Source of the DNA: a virus | Lineage: Duplodnaviria; Caudoviricetes | Reading direction: 5' to 3' (one strand) | Virus record (IMG/VR): IMGVR_UViG_3300032257_000022 | Coordinates: 1-46,363 of that record | DNA length: 46,363 nt | Shown here: one piece after another, positions 9,321 to 19,049 of the stretch | How the letters are laid out: each line of letters begins with the position of its first letter | Numbering within the stretch: the first letter of the stretch is position 1 | Program-made: the position numbers and the translations under genes | The notes under the pieces: model-generated | Databases searched by the model: none | The model's input: only the letters and a program-made list of their open reading frames with translations | Told to the model about the DNA's origin: nothing

Positions 9321-11654
9321 CTACACCCTTGTTGTTCCTGTGTAGGAGATTGCCCATCCTAGCACGTACATATCTTTACCGGCTTCAGAGGAAAGCTTAA
9401 ATGACAATGCTTTGCCTTTACCTCGAATCTTATTCTTAGTCGTAATAACTTCTTGTCCATAATCAAACGCAGTGCCTATAGCACCGGGGATGAAAGGACG
9501 CACAAATCTATAGGCTTGGAAAGTGTTTCCCCAACGGCCTGCAGAACTATCCGACCATTCCCAACGTGTTTGTAAATTACAAGAACTCGGGAAATCAAAC
9601 TCTGAATTGCCACTTCCATCGTCTACCCAATTGTTTTCTGTTCTACCAAAGTGCATAGTCAAGTAACGACCTTGCTTGTCTCGTGCTGAATCCCCTAGTA
9701 GCTCATGCCCAGTAACGATATAACTTTCATAACTAATTCCATCCTCTGTTTCGCCAGCATTCTCCCAATCTAGGAAGCTCGTCTTAGTAAACTCACCTAA
9801 AGTGTATTGGTAATCAGTAGTGCCAGAATTAGGTTTAATCACTAGGTACTTCCTATCAGTTACTGCGGCTGTCCTAGCAGTGTCTGGAACAGTTACTGGG
9901 TTAGCGCCAGCACCCTCTGTAACAGCCACACCAGCTACCGTCACAGGGTCTAAAAACTCAGTGAGTGTATAATTAGCCAATGGCATATAGCCAGCTAAAT
10001 ATGGAGACTCCGTATCGTTAGCTCTGTCATTAATAGTGGACGTATAGAAGGCGCCTAGAACAGTGTCGAATATCAGTTCTCTATTGAACATCTGACGATT
10101 GGTGATGCCATCATAAGCACTTGTGTCATTGTATAGCCAAGCCACTTTCTTAGTAGCTTCATCGTAATCACCAACAGCATGCTCTCTGCCCGGGCTAGAA
10201 ATCTCAGAATAAAAAGTTTGTATTGTCGTCTCAGTTAAGTTCTGAGCTACCAATCGGCCTGTTTGATCATTAGGAGTTAGCACATATATACCACCAGAAG
10301 ACCAATAAAACCCAACCCCTTCGGCTGAAACAATGCTTCGCGCACTAGTGGCACCGACGCTGCTAACCTTAGTGATTTCATAATTAGTAGCTTTGAATCC
10401 TTCGGCACCAGATACTTGCCACACACCGTTCTCAGCAACTACTACTAAGCTGTTACCTATAGGAAGTAACTTTAATATGTTGCCTGATTCTGGTATGACA
10501 ATTGTTCCGCCATCCGTATCAACGATGTCAGCAATAATCTCTGCAGTAGGGTCAGCCTCTTGGTAGCACTTGCCTGCATCGTCATTTTTAGATAAGTTGG
10601 CTTGGCTAAATAAAACAACCCCAGTAGAAGTTGGGGCGTAGTATCGTAGTGTTGGATCAAATGTGTCTGGGACACTTGACTGCAATCCAGCATAAAAAAT
10701 ACGCCCTGCATAAGCGGCTACAGTAGCAAACCTACCTTCCTCAGTCTCGCCACCTATACTGCCATACGCAGTGCCATATAGCTCATTAATCCATGCAGTC
10801 CTGTCTGCATCACGATCAAAGAAAGACATGATGTTTCTGCCCTTAGGGGCGAATGTCGTACCAAAATCTTGCTTTCTTAATAGCGATGGTGAGAATACAT
10901 CACTGGAGTTCTTGCCGTATGTCCAAATCATGGTGTCATTAGGGTAATACCCAGAATACCCGGAGGCACAAGTTCCCGGGTAAGCTGCATAGTAAGTAAT
11001 GATGTGGGCTTTCGTCCAGCCTTGATTATGCAGATTGTATATGTGATTTAAGCCAGTATTACTATTAGGATCAATGCAGATAGTTAAGCTATCTACTTCC
11101 TGCTCAGAGTCTGTTCCCCAAATATCTCGCACTTCTAACTCTATCAGAGTGCTAGTGAAAACATCAGATGTTGAGTTGTACTTAATGCGATATGGTTGCA
11201 TGTCAGTGCAAGTAATGACGACTTCACCATTAATGGTTGCATAGTCTAATACAGTATTGCCCGAGGTCTCTGGAATAGTCATGTAGACAGGAGAACTGCC
11301 TTGGTTCAACTGACTAGCTGCTGCTGATGGAGAACTTTTAGTTAGATCAATAAACCATAAGAACTGCCCAGTCTGGATAATTCCTATAGTTAATGATGGA
11401 TCGCCATCTACATTGTCCCACTTGTAAGTGGATAGTGAGGCATTGGGGACTGTGCTGGCATTTAAACCGAAAGACTGCTTAAAGGCAGACTGTTCATAAG
11501 TCATGCCTTTACGTCTACGCCTTGAGCCGTCTCGATTAAGGATGAAATTATCTTCATCTACTGAAGCATTTTCTGGAAACGTGAGGGGGCTTGCCTCAGT
11601 AATTAGCCCCTGTACGAATGTTAAATACTCTTTATGCTGTTCAGCTTGCGGCAT
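9321..11654 (-). CDS. Tail tubular protein B / nozzle (stabilisation protein)
   Basis: 777 aa beta-rich, starts FVQGLITEASPLTFPENASVDEDNF; follows tail tube A. Confidence 0.8.
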   Translation of the reverse strand: MPQAEQHKEYLTFVQGLITEASPLTFPENASVDEDNFILNRDGSRRRRKGMTYEQSAFKQSFGLNASTVPNASLSTYKWDNVDGDPSLTIGIIQTGQFLWFIDLTKSSPSAAASQLNQGSSPVYMTIPETSGNTVLDYATINGEVVITCTDMQPYRIKYNSTSDVFTSTLIELEVRDIWGTDSEQEVDSLTICIDPNSNTGLNHIYNLHNQGWTKAHIITYYAAYPGTCASGYSGYYPNDTMIWTYGKNSSDVFSPSLLRKQDFGTTFAPKGRNIMSFFDRDADRTAWINELYGTAYGSIGGETEEGRFATVAAYAGRIFYAGLQSSVPDTFDPTLRYYAPTSTGVVLFSQANLSKNDDAGKCYQEADPTAEIIADIVDTDGGTIVIPESGNILKLLPIGNSLVVVAENGVWQVSGAEGFKATNYEITKVSSVGATSARSIVSAEGVGFYWSSGGIYVLTPNDQTGRLVAQNLTETTIQTFYSEISSPGREHAVGDYDEATKKVAWLYNDTSAYDGITNRQMFNRELIFDTVLGAFYTSTINDRANDTESPYLAGYMPLANYTLTEFLDPVTVAGVAVTEGAGANPVTVPDTARTAAVTDRKYLVIKPNSGTTDYQYTLGEFTKTSFLDWENAGETEDGISYESYIVTGHELLGDSARDKQGRYLTMHFGRTENNWVDDGSGNSEFDFPSSCNLQTRWEWSDSSAGRWGNTFQAYRFVRPFIPGAIGTAFDYGQEVITTKNKIRGKGKALSFKLSSEAGKDMYVLGWAISYTGTTRV

Positions 11655-11871
11655 TCTTCTTTGTTCCAGCTTTAGCCATAGTCTTCAATCTAGGCATGCC
11701 TAAGTACTTATTGATTTCTCTAGCAGCGGTAGATTCTGACGTGAATAAGCCAGACAACATAGTAGGGATGCAACCACCACTACCAAAATTGATTTCGTAC
11801 ATATTAGTACCGGCTTTCTTCACGATATTAATAACTTTACCTTTAGGTGTTTCAAATTGTGCTGGCATCAT
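11641..11871 (-). CDS. Small hypothetical protein between tail tube A and B
   Basis: 76 aa, overlaps both neighbours. Confidence 0.65.
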   Translation of the reverse strand: MMPAQFETPKGKVINIVKKAGTNMYEINFGSGGCIPTMLSGLFTSESTAAREINKYLGMPRLKTMAKAGTKKNAAS

Positions 11872-12614
11872 TTGCGTCCGTAGTTGTTGGTTTTAATTCC
11901 CCCCGCAGCTCTGCGAGAGTTTCTTGAGATGTACACAGATTGTCTGCGTACTCGTTGTTCTTCTTTAGGATTGGGGAATTGCTTGAGGGCATTGAATGCC
12001 ACTGACTTACATTCAGCGAGAAACAAAGAGAAAAACTTAGAGGGTAAATCAGGAACATGTGTATCCACCTTACTGAATGTAGGTTCTAAATTAGCTTCTA
12101 CTAGTGTCTTACTTTGTTGCATAAATGTGTCTACAGCTGAATCGTAGGAATCAAATACGATGTATTCGTCATCCACTGTTGTCCAATACGTAGGAGCCAC
12201 GTCATTCTTAATAAGAATATCTGCTCCTCCCGGGACAGTAATAGTCTCTATATTGCTAGCTGAAGAATCTCTGGTCATCACGTAATTAATAAATGACTCA
12301 GGCTCTTGATAAATAATTGTGTCGTAATCTTTCTTAGTAGCACCTGTCTTCTGACGGTCGTACTTAATCCACAATAGTTCTTGTACTGCATCTGGGATCT
12401 GCATGTGGGTAGGACGTGCTGAAGTAGCAGCGTTAAGCTGAATGAGTTGGCGTAAATGCGGCCAGTCTCTATTACTCATCAACTCGAAGTAAGTAGTCTC
12501 AACAATATTAGCTACCTGTAAAGATTCTTCCGTATCCGTAATGCTGTTAACAGCATCACTATCCATATCGGACATAATATCTTGCACTATTTGTAGGACA
12601 GTTGCTTGTGCCAT
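11868..12614 (-). CDS. Tail tubular protein A / adaptor (T7 gp11-like)
   Basis: 248 aa, starts TVLQIVQDIMSDMDSDAVNSI..EESLQVA, typical of the family; position after capsid genes. Confidence 0.8.
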   Translation of the reverse strand: MAQATVLQIVQDIMSDMDSDAVNSITDTEESLQVANIVETTYFELMSNRDWPHLRQLIQLNAATSARPTHMQIPDAVQELLWIKYDRQKTGATKKDYDTIIYQEPESFINYVMTRDSSASNIETITVPGGADILIKNDVAPTYWTTVDDEYIVFDSYDSAVDTFMQQSKTLVEANLEPTFSKVDTHVPDLPSKFFSLFLAECKSVAFNALKQFPNPKEEQRVRRQSVYISRNSRRAAGGIKTNNYGRK

Positions 12615-12615
12615 A

Positions 12616-13200
12616 TTAAGAGGCCTTAGTTAAATGTGCATTAAAAATGCAGTTTTCTACAGTAACTGTGTCCCCAGCAACACCACCCTCACCCGTCAAG
12701 AACGTTATACCAAGTTGGATATAATTGGCTGCCGCCAACCCATGCAGATGCGCGTGAATAGCGATTGCTCCCACATCAGAGCCTGTGCCTATTTTGCGTC
12801 GTATCCTACCACCAGTGGCAACCCCGTCTACAAGGAAACTAAAACAAACAACAGCTGTGCTTCTTGAGGAGATTATGCTAATGGAGGCGTCTGCATCGTA
12901 ATCCCCAGCAGTAGCCACATTTAGTCTTCCAGTAGCTACTGTTGTAGTCATGCCTTCCGCATCCTCCTCATTGAAAGTTCCTGCAGCTGGGTAGTAGGTG
13001 TCCAGAACCGTGATGGTTGTCGCGGAGGTGTTATTGGCAGTCTTGCCTAAAGTGATACTAGCACTCTGGGAAGATGCTGAGGGCAAAGACCAAGAACCAC
13101 TACCGGCCCCGTCTGCGTGATACGTGGTGCCAGCAGCTGCACCAGCCACTCCTTTAGGTTCATGCAATTCTGCATCTGGTATCGCTTTATGATCTGTCAT
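12616..13200 (-). CDS. Virion structural protein (possible head fibre)
   Basis: 194 aa, N-terminal LHEPKG...YHADGAGSGSW motif seen in this phage group; beta-rich C-terminus. Confidence 0.55.
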   Translation of the reverse strand: MTDHKAIPDAELHEPKGVAGAAAGTTYHADGAGSGSWSLPSASSQSASITLGKTANNTSATTITVLDTYYPAAGTFNEEDAEGMTTTVATGRLNVATAGDYDADASISIISSRSTAVVCFSFLVDGVATGGRIRRKIGTGSDVGAIAIHAHLHGLAAANYIQLGITFLTGEGGVAGDTVTVENCIFNAHLTKAS

Positions 13201-13218
13201 ATTATTGCCCTTAAGGTC

Positions 13219-13246
13219 AAAAATCAGGAGGCCTTTCGGCCCCCAT
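13219..13246 (-). terminator. Rho-independent terminator after the capsid genes
   Basis: Minus strand GGGGGCC-GAAA-GGCCTCC then TGATTTTT. Confidence 0.75.
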
Positions 13247-13250
13247 CATT

Positions 13251-13736
13251 TTAGATAACGTACTCTAAGATGAACTCACATTCACCAGCAGTAAACGTAC
13301 CAGTAGCCGCAACTACTAGGTAACCATCTACAGCAAGACGTTGGCCACATAACACACCTGAGTTAGTACCAGCGTGTTCAGCAGCGGTTAAGCTACCAAC
13401 AACAGAGGCATCGATACTAGCAAGAACAAGTGCATCGAACAGACCATCTGCATCAATTGCAGTGGAGCCGTCAGACTGTTCCAGACCAATATCGTAACTC
13501 GTACCACCAGCAAAGGCAGTAGTAGTGTTAAAGAATGCATTAGTTACCATTGCTCCAGCAGGAACAAAGGCAGTTAGTGCATCTGAAGCACCTCCGGGTA
13601 AATCGCTATAAGACCACTTATAAACGATTTGTTGAGTGCGAGATCCAGTGGTAACTTTGCCACCACGTTTCTCATCAGTGTCTCGTGCACCGTATTGAAC
13701 TAATACGCCACGAGTGCTTGCAGTTTCTAAACTCAT
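13251..13736 (-). CDS. Minor capsid/decoration protein
   Basis: 161 aa directly after the major capsid gene and before the terminator; GGAGG RBS. Confidence 0.6.
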   Translation of the reverse strand: MSLETASTRGVLVQYGARDTDEKRGGKVTTGSRTQQIVYKWSYSDLPGGASDALTAFVPAGAMVTNAFFNTTTAFAGGTSYDIGLEQSDGSTAIDADGLFDALVLASIDASVVGSLTAAEHAGTNSGVLCGQRLAVDGYLVVAATGTFTAGECEFILEYVI

Positions 13737-13747
13737 GTCACGCCTCC

Positions 13748-14728
13748 TTAGTATGCGCTAGGGCTAGTTACGATTGTGCCAAGCGTATCAGTACGCTGTG
13801 CACCAAAACCGAAACGAGCTGTGTTTTGGAAACGATCTTCACGTTCTTCTGAAGCTCTCCAACCTTCTACCATTGGCATACGACGCCATGCACGCATCAT
13901 AGGACGACTATTGTCATCTGCTACGCTCATAAACGTATTAACCACATCACCAACTTGAGCAGTTTCAGAAGTCAGGCCATAGCTTGACGCATCAATAGCT
14001 TCTGTAGCAGCGAGTGTAGGTAGACGATTAGATGTATACACATCAAAACCGTAAACGTTCTTAACGAACTGATGGTCTCTTGCGAAACCTTCATTAACAA
14101 TACCCTCAAAGTGTGGGTTATTGCTGACGTTCACTAAGTTAGTCAGACTGTTAAGTGTCGCTTCAACAATCGGATCAACGATTGCAATACGACCACCTGC
14201 AGCAACATTAGCTTTATCAAAAGATAGCTTCATAGCAATGAAGTCATCTACAGTGATAACTCGAGTGTTAGATGCAGCAGAGCCTACCCAGCGATGCGGG
14301 CGACCATTAACCAAGTTAAGGTTAGCACCTGTCTGTGCAGCATTACATGCAATTAAGAACTTAGTTTCTACGTTCTCTTGAATTGCACGAGTTGCTTCTG
14401 TAGCACGCATACCAGAAAGAACTTCAATCTGGTTACCATCTTCACGAAGCTTGTCTGAAACAGCCCACGCATCACCAACATAATCAGTGATAGTCAGCGT
14501 CACAGTACCTGTGTCGATAGCGTTGTAAGTTAATGGCACGCCTTCTTCAACATCTTGCAGTGTGCTAGAACCTACAGTTTTGATGTTTAAAGTTGTACCG
14601 TGTCCGAAATCTGAGACATCACGCGAGAACCCATCAGGCAGCATGCCATCTTCTAAGTTCTGAATGATAAATTCAGAGTATTGCTGCGCTTCAATAAACG
14701 CAGTGGTGTTACTAGTATCATGAGCCAT
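13748..14728 (-). CDS. Major capsid protein
   Basis: 326 aa, NTTAFIEAQQYSEFI..NL.DG.LP start as in VpV262/SIO1-like capsids; follows the scaffold gene; AGGAG RBS. Confidence 0.9.
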   Translation of the reverse strand: MAHDTSNTTAFIEAQQYSEFIIQNLEDGMLPDGFSRDVSDFGHGTTLNIKTVGSSTLQDVEEGVPLTYNAIDTGTVTLTITDYVGDAWAVSDKLREDGNQIEVLSGMRATEATRAIQENVETKFLIACNAAQTGANLNLVNGRPHRWVGSAASNTRVITVDDFIAMKLSFDKANVAAGGRIAIVDPIVEATLNSLTNLVNVSNNPHFEGIVNEGFARDHQFVKNVYGFDVYTSNRLPTLAATEAIDASSYGLTSETAQVGDVVNTFMSVADDNSRPMMRAWRRMPMVEGWRASEEREDRFQNTARFGFGAQRTDTLGTIVTSPSAY

Positions 14729-14731
14729 GTG

Positions 14732-15445
14732 TTAACTCCTTTGGACTTTAGTCCCGGCAGCTCTCCAAGCATTCGTTGTATCTGCAGTCGTTGCATTTTT
14801 CGGCAATCGGGCAGATACGTCCTGCTCAGTATTATGACTAAAAGATTCAGTATTGACTGAACTAGTCGTTTTAGTAGGCGGAGTTTGGACTGGCTTGCTA
14901 CTAAGGAGATTTAATACTGCTTGCGGAGAAGTAGAAGCTAGATTATTCAAAGCTTCTACAGTCAAGCCATTATTACTGGCTATCTCTAAGTAGGCATCTC
15001 GTGCCTTCTCTCCATAAATCTCAGTCAGCTTTTGCGTGACAGTCGTCTGATTCGCCTGTTGAGTTGCTGCTATATCCTTAGCATCTAGTACTTGCGCTAT
15101 GCGAGTCTCTAGGTCATTGGAGTTCACTTCGGCAGAGATAGGGGTGGTCTCTGTTTTTGGTGTACTGTCGATCTTATCAAGTACAGAATCTAATGTTGTG
15201 GCTGCAGCTAACTTAGTTCTATATTCCTCATGCTCAGTCTCTAATTTCTCAATATGAGTTTGTGCGTGTGGGATAGAGTTAAGTGCATCCTCTATAGTTT
15301 TGTACTTGCGTCCTTCACCTATCAGTTCAGCTACCGAGTCAGGTACTTGAATTGCAGTAGATGGATCAGGGGGTACTACAGGCTCTGTGGTAGCAGGTTC
15401 TGTAGTAGTTGTGTTGTTAAAGATTGTAGTGTCTTGGTCTGACAT
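14732..15445 (-). CDS. Capsid scaffolding protein
   Basis: 237 aa, acidic Thr-rich coiled coil with GEGRKY.T.EDAL..I.HAQ.HI motif; between portal and capsid. Confidence 0.75.
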   Translation of the reverse strand: MSDQDTTIFNNTTTTEPATTEPVVPPDPSTAIQVPDSVAELIGEGRKYKTIEDALNSIPHAQTHIEKLETEHEEYRTKLAAATTLDSVLDKIDSTPKTETTPISAEVNSNDLETRIAQVLDAKDIAATQQANQTTVTQKLTEIYGEKARDAYLEIASNNGLTVEALNNLASTSPQAVLNLLSSKPVQTPPTKTTSSVNTESFSHNTEQDVSARLPKNATTADTTNAWRAAGTKVQRS

Positions 15446-15684
15446 TATTCCACCTTAAATATGTTGGATAAATTAGTTAGTTCCCTACTGGCACCTAGCT
15501 TGTCGGCTATGTATTCGCTCCATGCGGGTTTTTCGTAAGTTTCCTCACTATGGATTTTCTTAGCCAAAGCGAGTAAATTCTCTTCAATAATTGTGTTAAC
15601 AACCTCAAAGATTAAAGCATTAGCTCTAATCTCTTCAGGCTTGAGGTGTTTTGTGAGGCGTTTGCTTAAGACCTTCTTACTCAT
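15445..15684 (-). CDS. Small hypothetical protein after the portal
   Basis: 79 aa with P.WSEY.AD..G motif; overlaps both neighbours. Confidence 0.65.
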   Translation of the reverse strand: MSKKVLSKRLTKHLKPEEIRANALIFEVVNTIIEENLLALAKKIHSEETYEKPAWSEYIADKLGASRELTNLSNIFKVE

Positions 15685-17474
15685 TGCCCTTGCACCTCAT
15701 CAGGCAGCTCTTCATCAGAACCGTCTGTAGCTGTCATAGCTTCCATCTCAACCTGATCACTCAAAGAGTTAACCAGTTGCTGTGTCTCAGCCTGCTCTTC
15801 AATTCCAATGTTATCTCGAACAAGATCAAAACGTTCCCAGCCCATAGCTTCTTCTACAAGTTTAGCTAAAGCTTTTGCACTTACATGTGGGGTAATCATT
15901 TGGCCAATAGAGCTGTTGAATGTGCCTGTTAGATTCTGAACTAGTTGGGCTCTTGCTGAGAAGTGTCGTGCTCCAACAGGGCGTAGTTTGCCAGAGGCTG
16001 TTATGTCAGCCTTGGTGATGGTGATGAAGTCTTGGACACCTAAATCATCGTCCATTACACGTACCACGTCAGAACCCTCGATATGTCTTACGGCAGATTC
16101 TAACATGATATTCAAGATAGGCTCAATAAATTCAATTTCAAACTGCTCAATCTTAGCTTGAAAGATGCGTCCCGCAGCATTTTGTAAGCTCTGTACTTCG
16201 AAAGCAGTCTTCTCTCCCGGGCTACGGACACCCATTGCTTCTCTAGGGGCACCAGCCATTTCTTCCATCTGTTGTTGTAACAAGATGATCTCATTATTAA
16301 CTTGAAAGGCTGCTGGATTGGGGGGCATAGGAATAACATCCCCAGCTCCCATCTCATTAATTTGTATCTCTTCTAACGGGCCGTAAGTAAACTCACCTAC
16401 GTCACCAATGACTTTTAATGGTGGATGAATCGTTAAATCCAAAGCATCAGCTTTTAGATTCTCTAGATGATCTAACCGGTACTGCATACCTACTAAATTA
16501 TCTAGTGGGCCCATGGCGTACAGGTTATCTGGGCGTTTTCTCCAACCAGAGTGCGCTCTACCTGCGTGGCCTAACCAAGATGGGTTCTGTTGTTTACGTA
16601 ATAAGTAAGCACGATCTATGACAGTAATGACATGATCTTTGAGGAATGTCCCGTCTTCATCATGGATATCTCCTTCGAACTCTAATATCTCTACGTATCC
16701 TGATTGGTAGTAATCGTACATGCTACCGAAACCGTCTACAGTAAAGCCCAAAGCTTTTGTGTAATCCTCAACAGAGTAAGACCCCATCCGGTTACGCATC
16801 TCTTCTGCTTTAGAGATAGCCACTTCTAAGTAGTTTAAATCAGGACGATTTTCTAAGTCTGCTCGCAATTCACCAATAGTTTTCACATAACGAGTTATCT
16901 TAGGAGAAGATTCAAAATCTACTGCTGTTGGATCAAACACTAGGTCGTATGGAGATGTGCGAAGTAATTTAGGCCCTATGTATCCCGGGATCTTTTCTTG
17001 TGTCTCTACGTCTACTCGCTTATCTGCTACCCAAACAACTTCACCAAATGCATTACCGTAATCGATATAATCGTACAAGCATTTAGAGACGGTTTCTCTG
17101 AAACCACCTTCGCGTAACTTGTTGGACATGTACGCAGTTATGGCAGTCTTTTTGTCCTTAAGGGCGGAATCTTTTGTATAGGCTTCCCACTTCAACCAGT
17201 TGTCGTTGGGGAATAATGCTGACATATAATTAGCATGCAGGTTATCTCTAATCTGTGTCAGCTTAGGTAATGTCGTACTATTCTTCCAGTCTGTGTTATC
17301 ACCTACTGAGGTAGTTCTGGTTGATGTTGCAAATAAGAAATTGCGTAACTCTTTCTTATCTTCTAACCAAGTACTTCGCTTAGTGTTCAGGCGGGTGTAG
17401 ACATCAGTAAGCTGGATAGCCAGCTGATCTGGATCTCGTAGACTCTGTATCTCTAAAACTTTATTAGTGCTCAA
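15681..17474 (-). CDS. Portal (head-tail connector) protein
   Basis: 597 aa after the terminase; PDNLYAMGPLDNLVGMQY and MG.R.PGEKTAFEVQ motifs; acidic tail. Confidence 0.9.
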   Translation of the reverse strand: MSTNKVLEIQSLRDPDQLAIQLTDVYTRLNTKRSTWLEDKKELRNFLFATSTRTTSVGDNTDWKNSTTLPKLTQIRDNLHANYMSALFPNDNWLKWEAYTKDSALKDKKTAITAYMSNKLREGGFRETVSKCLYDYIDYGNAFGEVVWVADKRVDVETQEKIPGYIGPKLLRTSPYDLVFDPTAVDFESSPKITRYVKTIGELRADLENRPDLNYLEVAISKAEEMRNRMGSYSVEDYTKALGFTVDGFGSMYDYYQSGYVEILEFEGDIHDEDGTFLKDHVITVIDRAYLLRKQQNPSWLGHAGRAHSGWRKRPDNLYAMGPLDNLVGMQYRLDHLENLKADALDLTIHPPLKVIGDVGEFTYGPLEEIQINEMGAGDVIPMPPNPAAFQVNNEIILLQQQMEEMAGAPREAMGVRSPGEKTAFEVQSLQNAAGRIFQAKIEQFEIEFIEPILNIMLESAVRHIEGSDVVRVMDDDLGVQDFITITKADITASGKLRPVGARHFSARAQLVQNLTGTFNSSIGQMITPHVSAKALAKLVEEAMGWERFDLVRDNIGIEEQAETQQLVNSLSDQVEMEAMTATDGSDEELPDEVQGQ

Positions 17475-19021
17475 TTGTATGCAACTCCGCCAAATCTGTT
17501 GTTGATGTTGATGACTCTAGCACCAGCTTGTTTTCTTCTGTGCATCCTCAAACTAGGAGGGGTTGCTATCTTTATAGCACAAGACAGACTATCTTTGATG
17601 TCATCATGTGGTGGATGCGCCAACACTAGTTCTTCTTCCAGTGTCTGGCAATGCCCACCACGGTAATGCCACATAGCCAAGTTATCGTACTTAGGCTCTA
17701 GCACAGCTGCCATCCTTTCTTGTTTAGTTCCACCATGCCTATCAGGACGATGTGGGTCTACCTTAAGAAGTATGCCTGCTTTCTTGATGTATTCTGTACG
17801 TAGTTCATCAACGATAGAGTCTTGCGCCACGTTAACTTCTGCTGCTATGCGGCCAAATCCCCATTTAGTATGAAGAGTCATGATGTGCTCAAAGTACTCT
17901 TTGATACTTCTTGTCTTGAATCTGTCTATTTCTAGTACATAAATGTTGCCTTCATTGTCTAAGCCTATCACCGCTATAGCAGTGTAGTCTGCTTTCTTAG
18001 AGGTAGAGAAGGCAAAGTCAATGGCAGCAAAGACGGACAGGCCTTTATCTTTTATAAACCAAGTGCCGCCCTCTTGTGTTAAGAACTTCCGATCATAATA
18101 CTGGAAGTGTTTATCACTGATTGCGGCCCCGGTTGGGTCATTTGGATTGTTGTAGTACTGAGCATAATACTGAGATTTATCAATATACTTAGCACGCTTC
18201 TTAGCAAGTACTTGAATGTTAAAACCAAACCACTTGCCATCTGGACGCTGTTGACGAGGCCATAAGAACTCTCCTGTGCCATCACCATTATCTTCTACTT
18301 CAAACTGCTTAATATCATAAACTAGTGTAGAGCCAATCAAGTCTCCGTGCTCATCATAGCTATCTTCTTCTATCTCTACGAGAGTCGAGTACAGATCTTT
18401 GGGATGATAACGAGTACCAACCACCCACTCCCTAGCGTTAGCAGACTCAATAGAAGCAAGTAGAGAATACTGATCAGCGACCTTAGTACGGCCCTCATTA
18501 GTATAAGCATTTTCTTTAATAACAACATCATCTAGTACCGCCACGTCGAAGTGAAGTCCTGTAATCGTCGTTGTTAATCCTGCGGTGAAGATGGAAGGAT
18601 CTCGAACACCCTCAGCTTTACGTAGAGGATGATCTACGATAATCTCCCGCTCTGTCCATTTCTCTCTACGACCTTCCATTGGGTTAATCATGTCTGGCCA
18701 GTAATGCTGATACTTCTTAGACTCCATCACTGTCTTGATAAAGTATAGCTGCTTCTCTGCTAGTGTTGATGTAGCTGAGATGTATAGGAAAGTCATCGTA
18801 GGATTACGGGTTAGTTCCCATAGTACTCTGTAAGCTACCATGGCACTCTTGCCATGATCTCGTGGCATCAGTAGTAATTGATGGTCGTTGGCGTCTTCAT
18901 TAGTCCACCAATGAATAACATCTTTATGTATAGCGCCTAAGACACGATAAGGCGCAACAAGATTGATGAACTTAATCAAATCCCCTTCTGCTGCCTCTCT
19001 TATTTCGTCTTTGGTTGCCAT
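17471..19021 (-). CDS. terL: Terminase large subunit
   Basis: Walker A LMPRDHGKS, Walker B AVLDD, VVGTRYH, nuclease AAIDFA and HDDIKD. Confidence 0.93.
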   Translation of the reverse strand: MATKDEIREAAEGDLIKFINLVAPYRVLGAIHKDVIHWWTNEDANDHQLLLMPRDHGKSAMVAYRVLWELTRNPTMTFLYISATSTLAEKQLYFIKTVMESKKYQHYWPDMINPMEGRREKWTEREIIVDHPLRKAEGVRDPSIFTAGLTTTITGLHFDVAVLDDVVIKENAYTNEGRTKVADQYSLLASIESANAREWVVGTRYHPKDLYSTLVEIEEDSYDEHGDLIGSTLVYDIKQFEVEDNGDGTGEFLWPRQQRPDGKWFGFNIQVLAKKRAKYIDKSQYYAQYYNNPNDPTGAAISDKHFQYYDRKFLTQEGGTWFIKDKGLSVFAAIDFAFSTSKKADYTAIAVIGLDNEGNIYVLEIDRFKTRSIKEYFEHIMTLHTKWGFGRIAAEVNVAQDSIVDELRTEYIKKAGILLKVDPHRPDRHGGTKQERMAAVLEPKYDNLAMWHYRGGHCQTLEEELVLAHPPHDDIKDSLSCAIKIATPPSLRMHRRKQAGARVININNRFGGVAYN

Positions 19022-19049
19022 ATATTATTCACTAATAAATTATTAGGTA

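Noticed and set aside
13736-13760. Programmed frameshift extending the capsid protein
   Set aside because: No slippery sequence near the stop, and the next gene has its own strong RBS.
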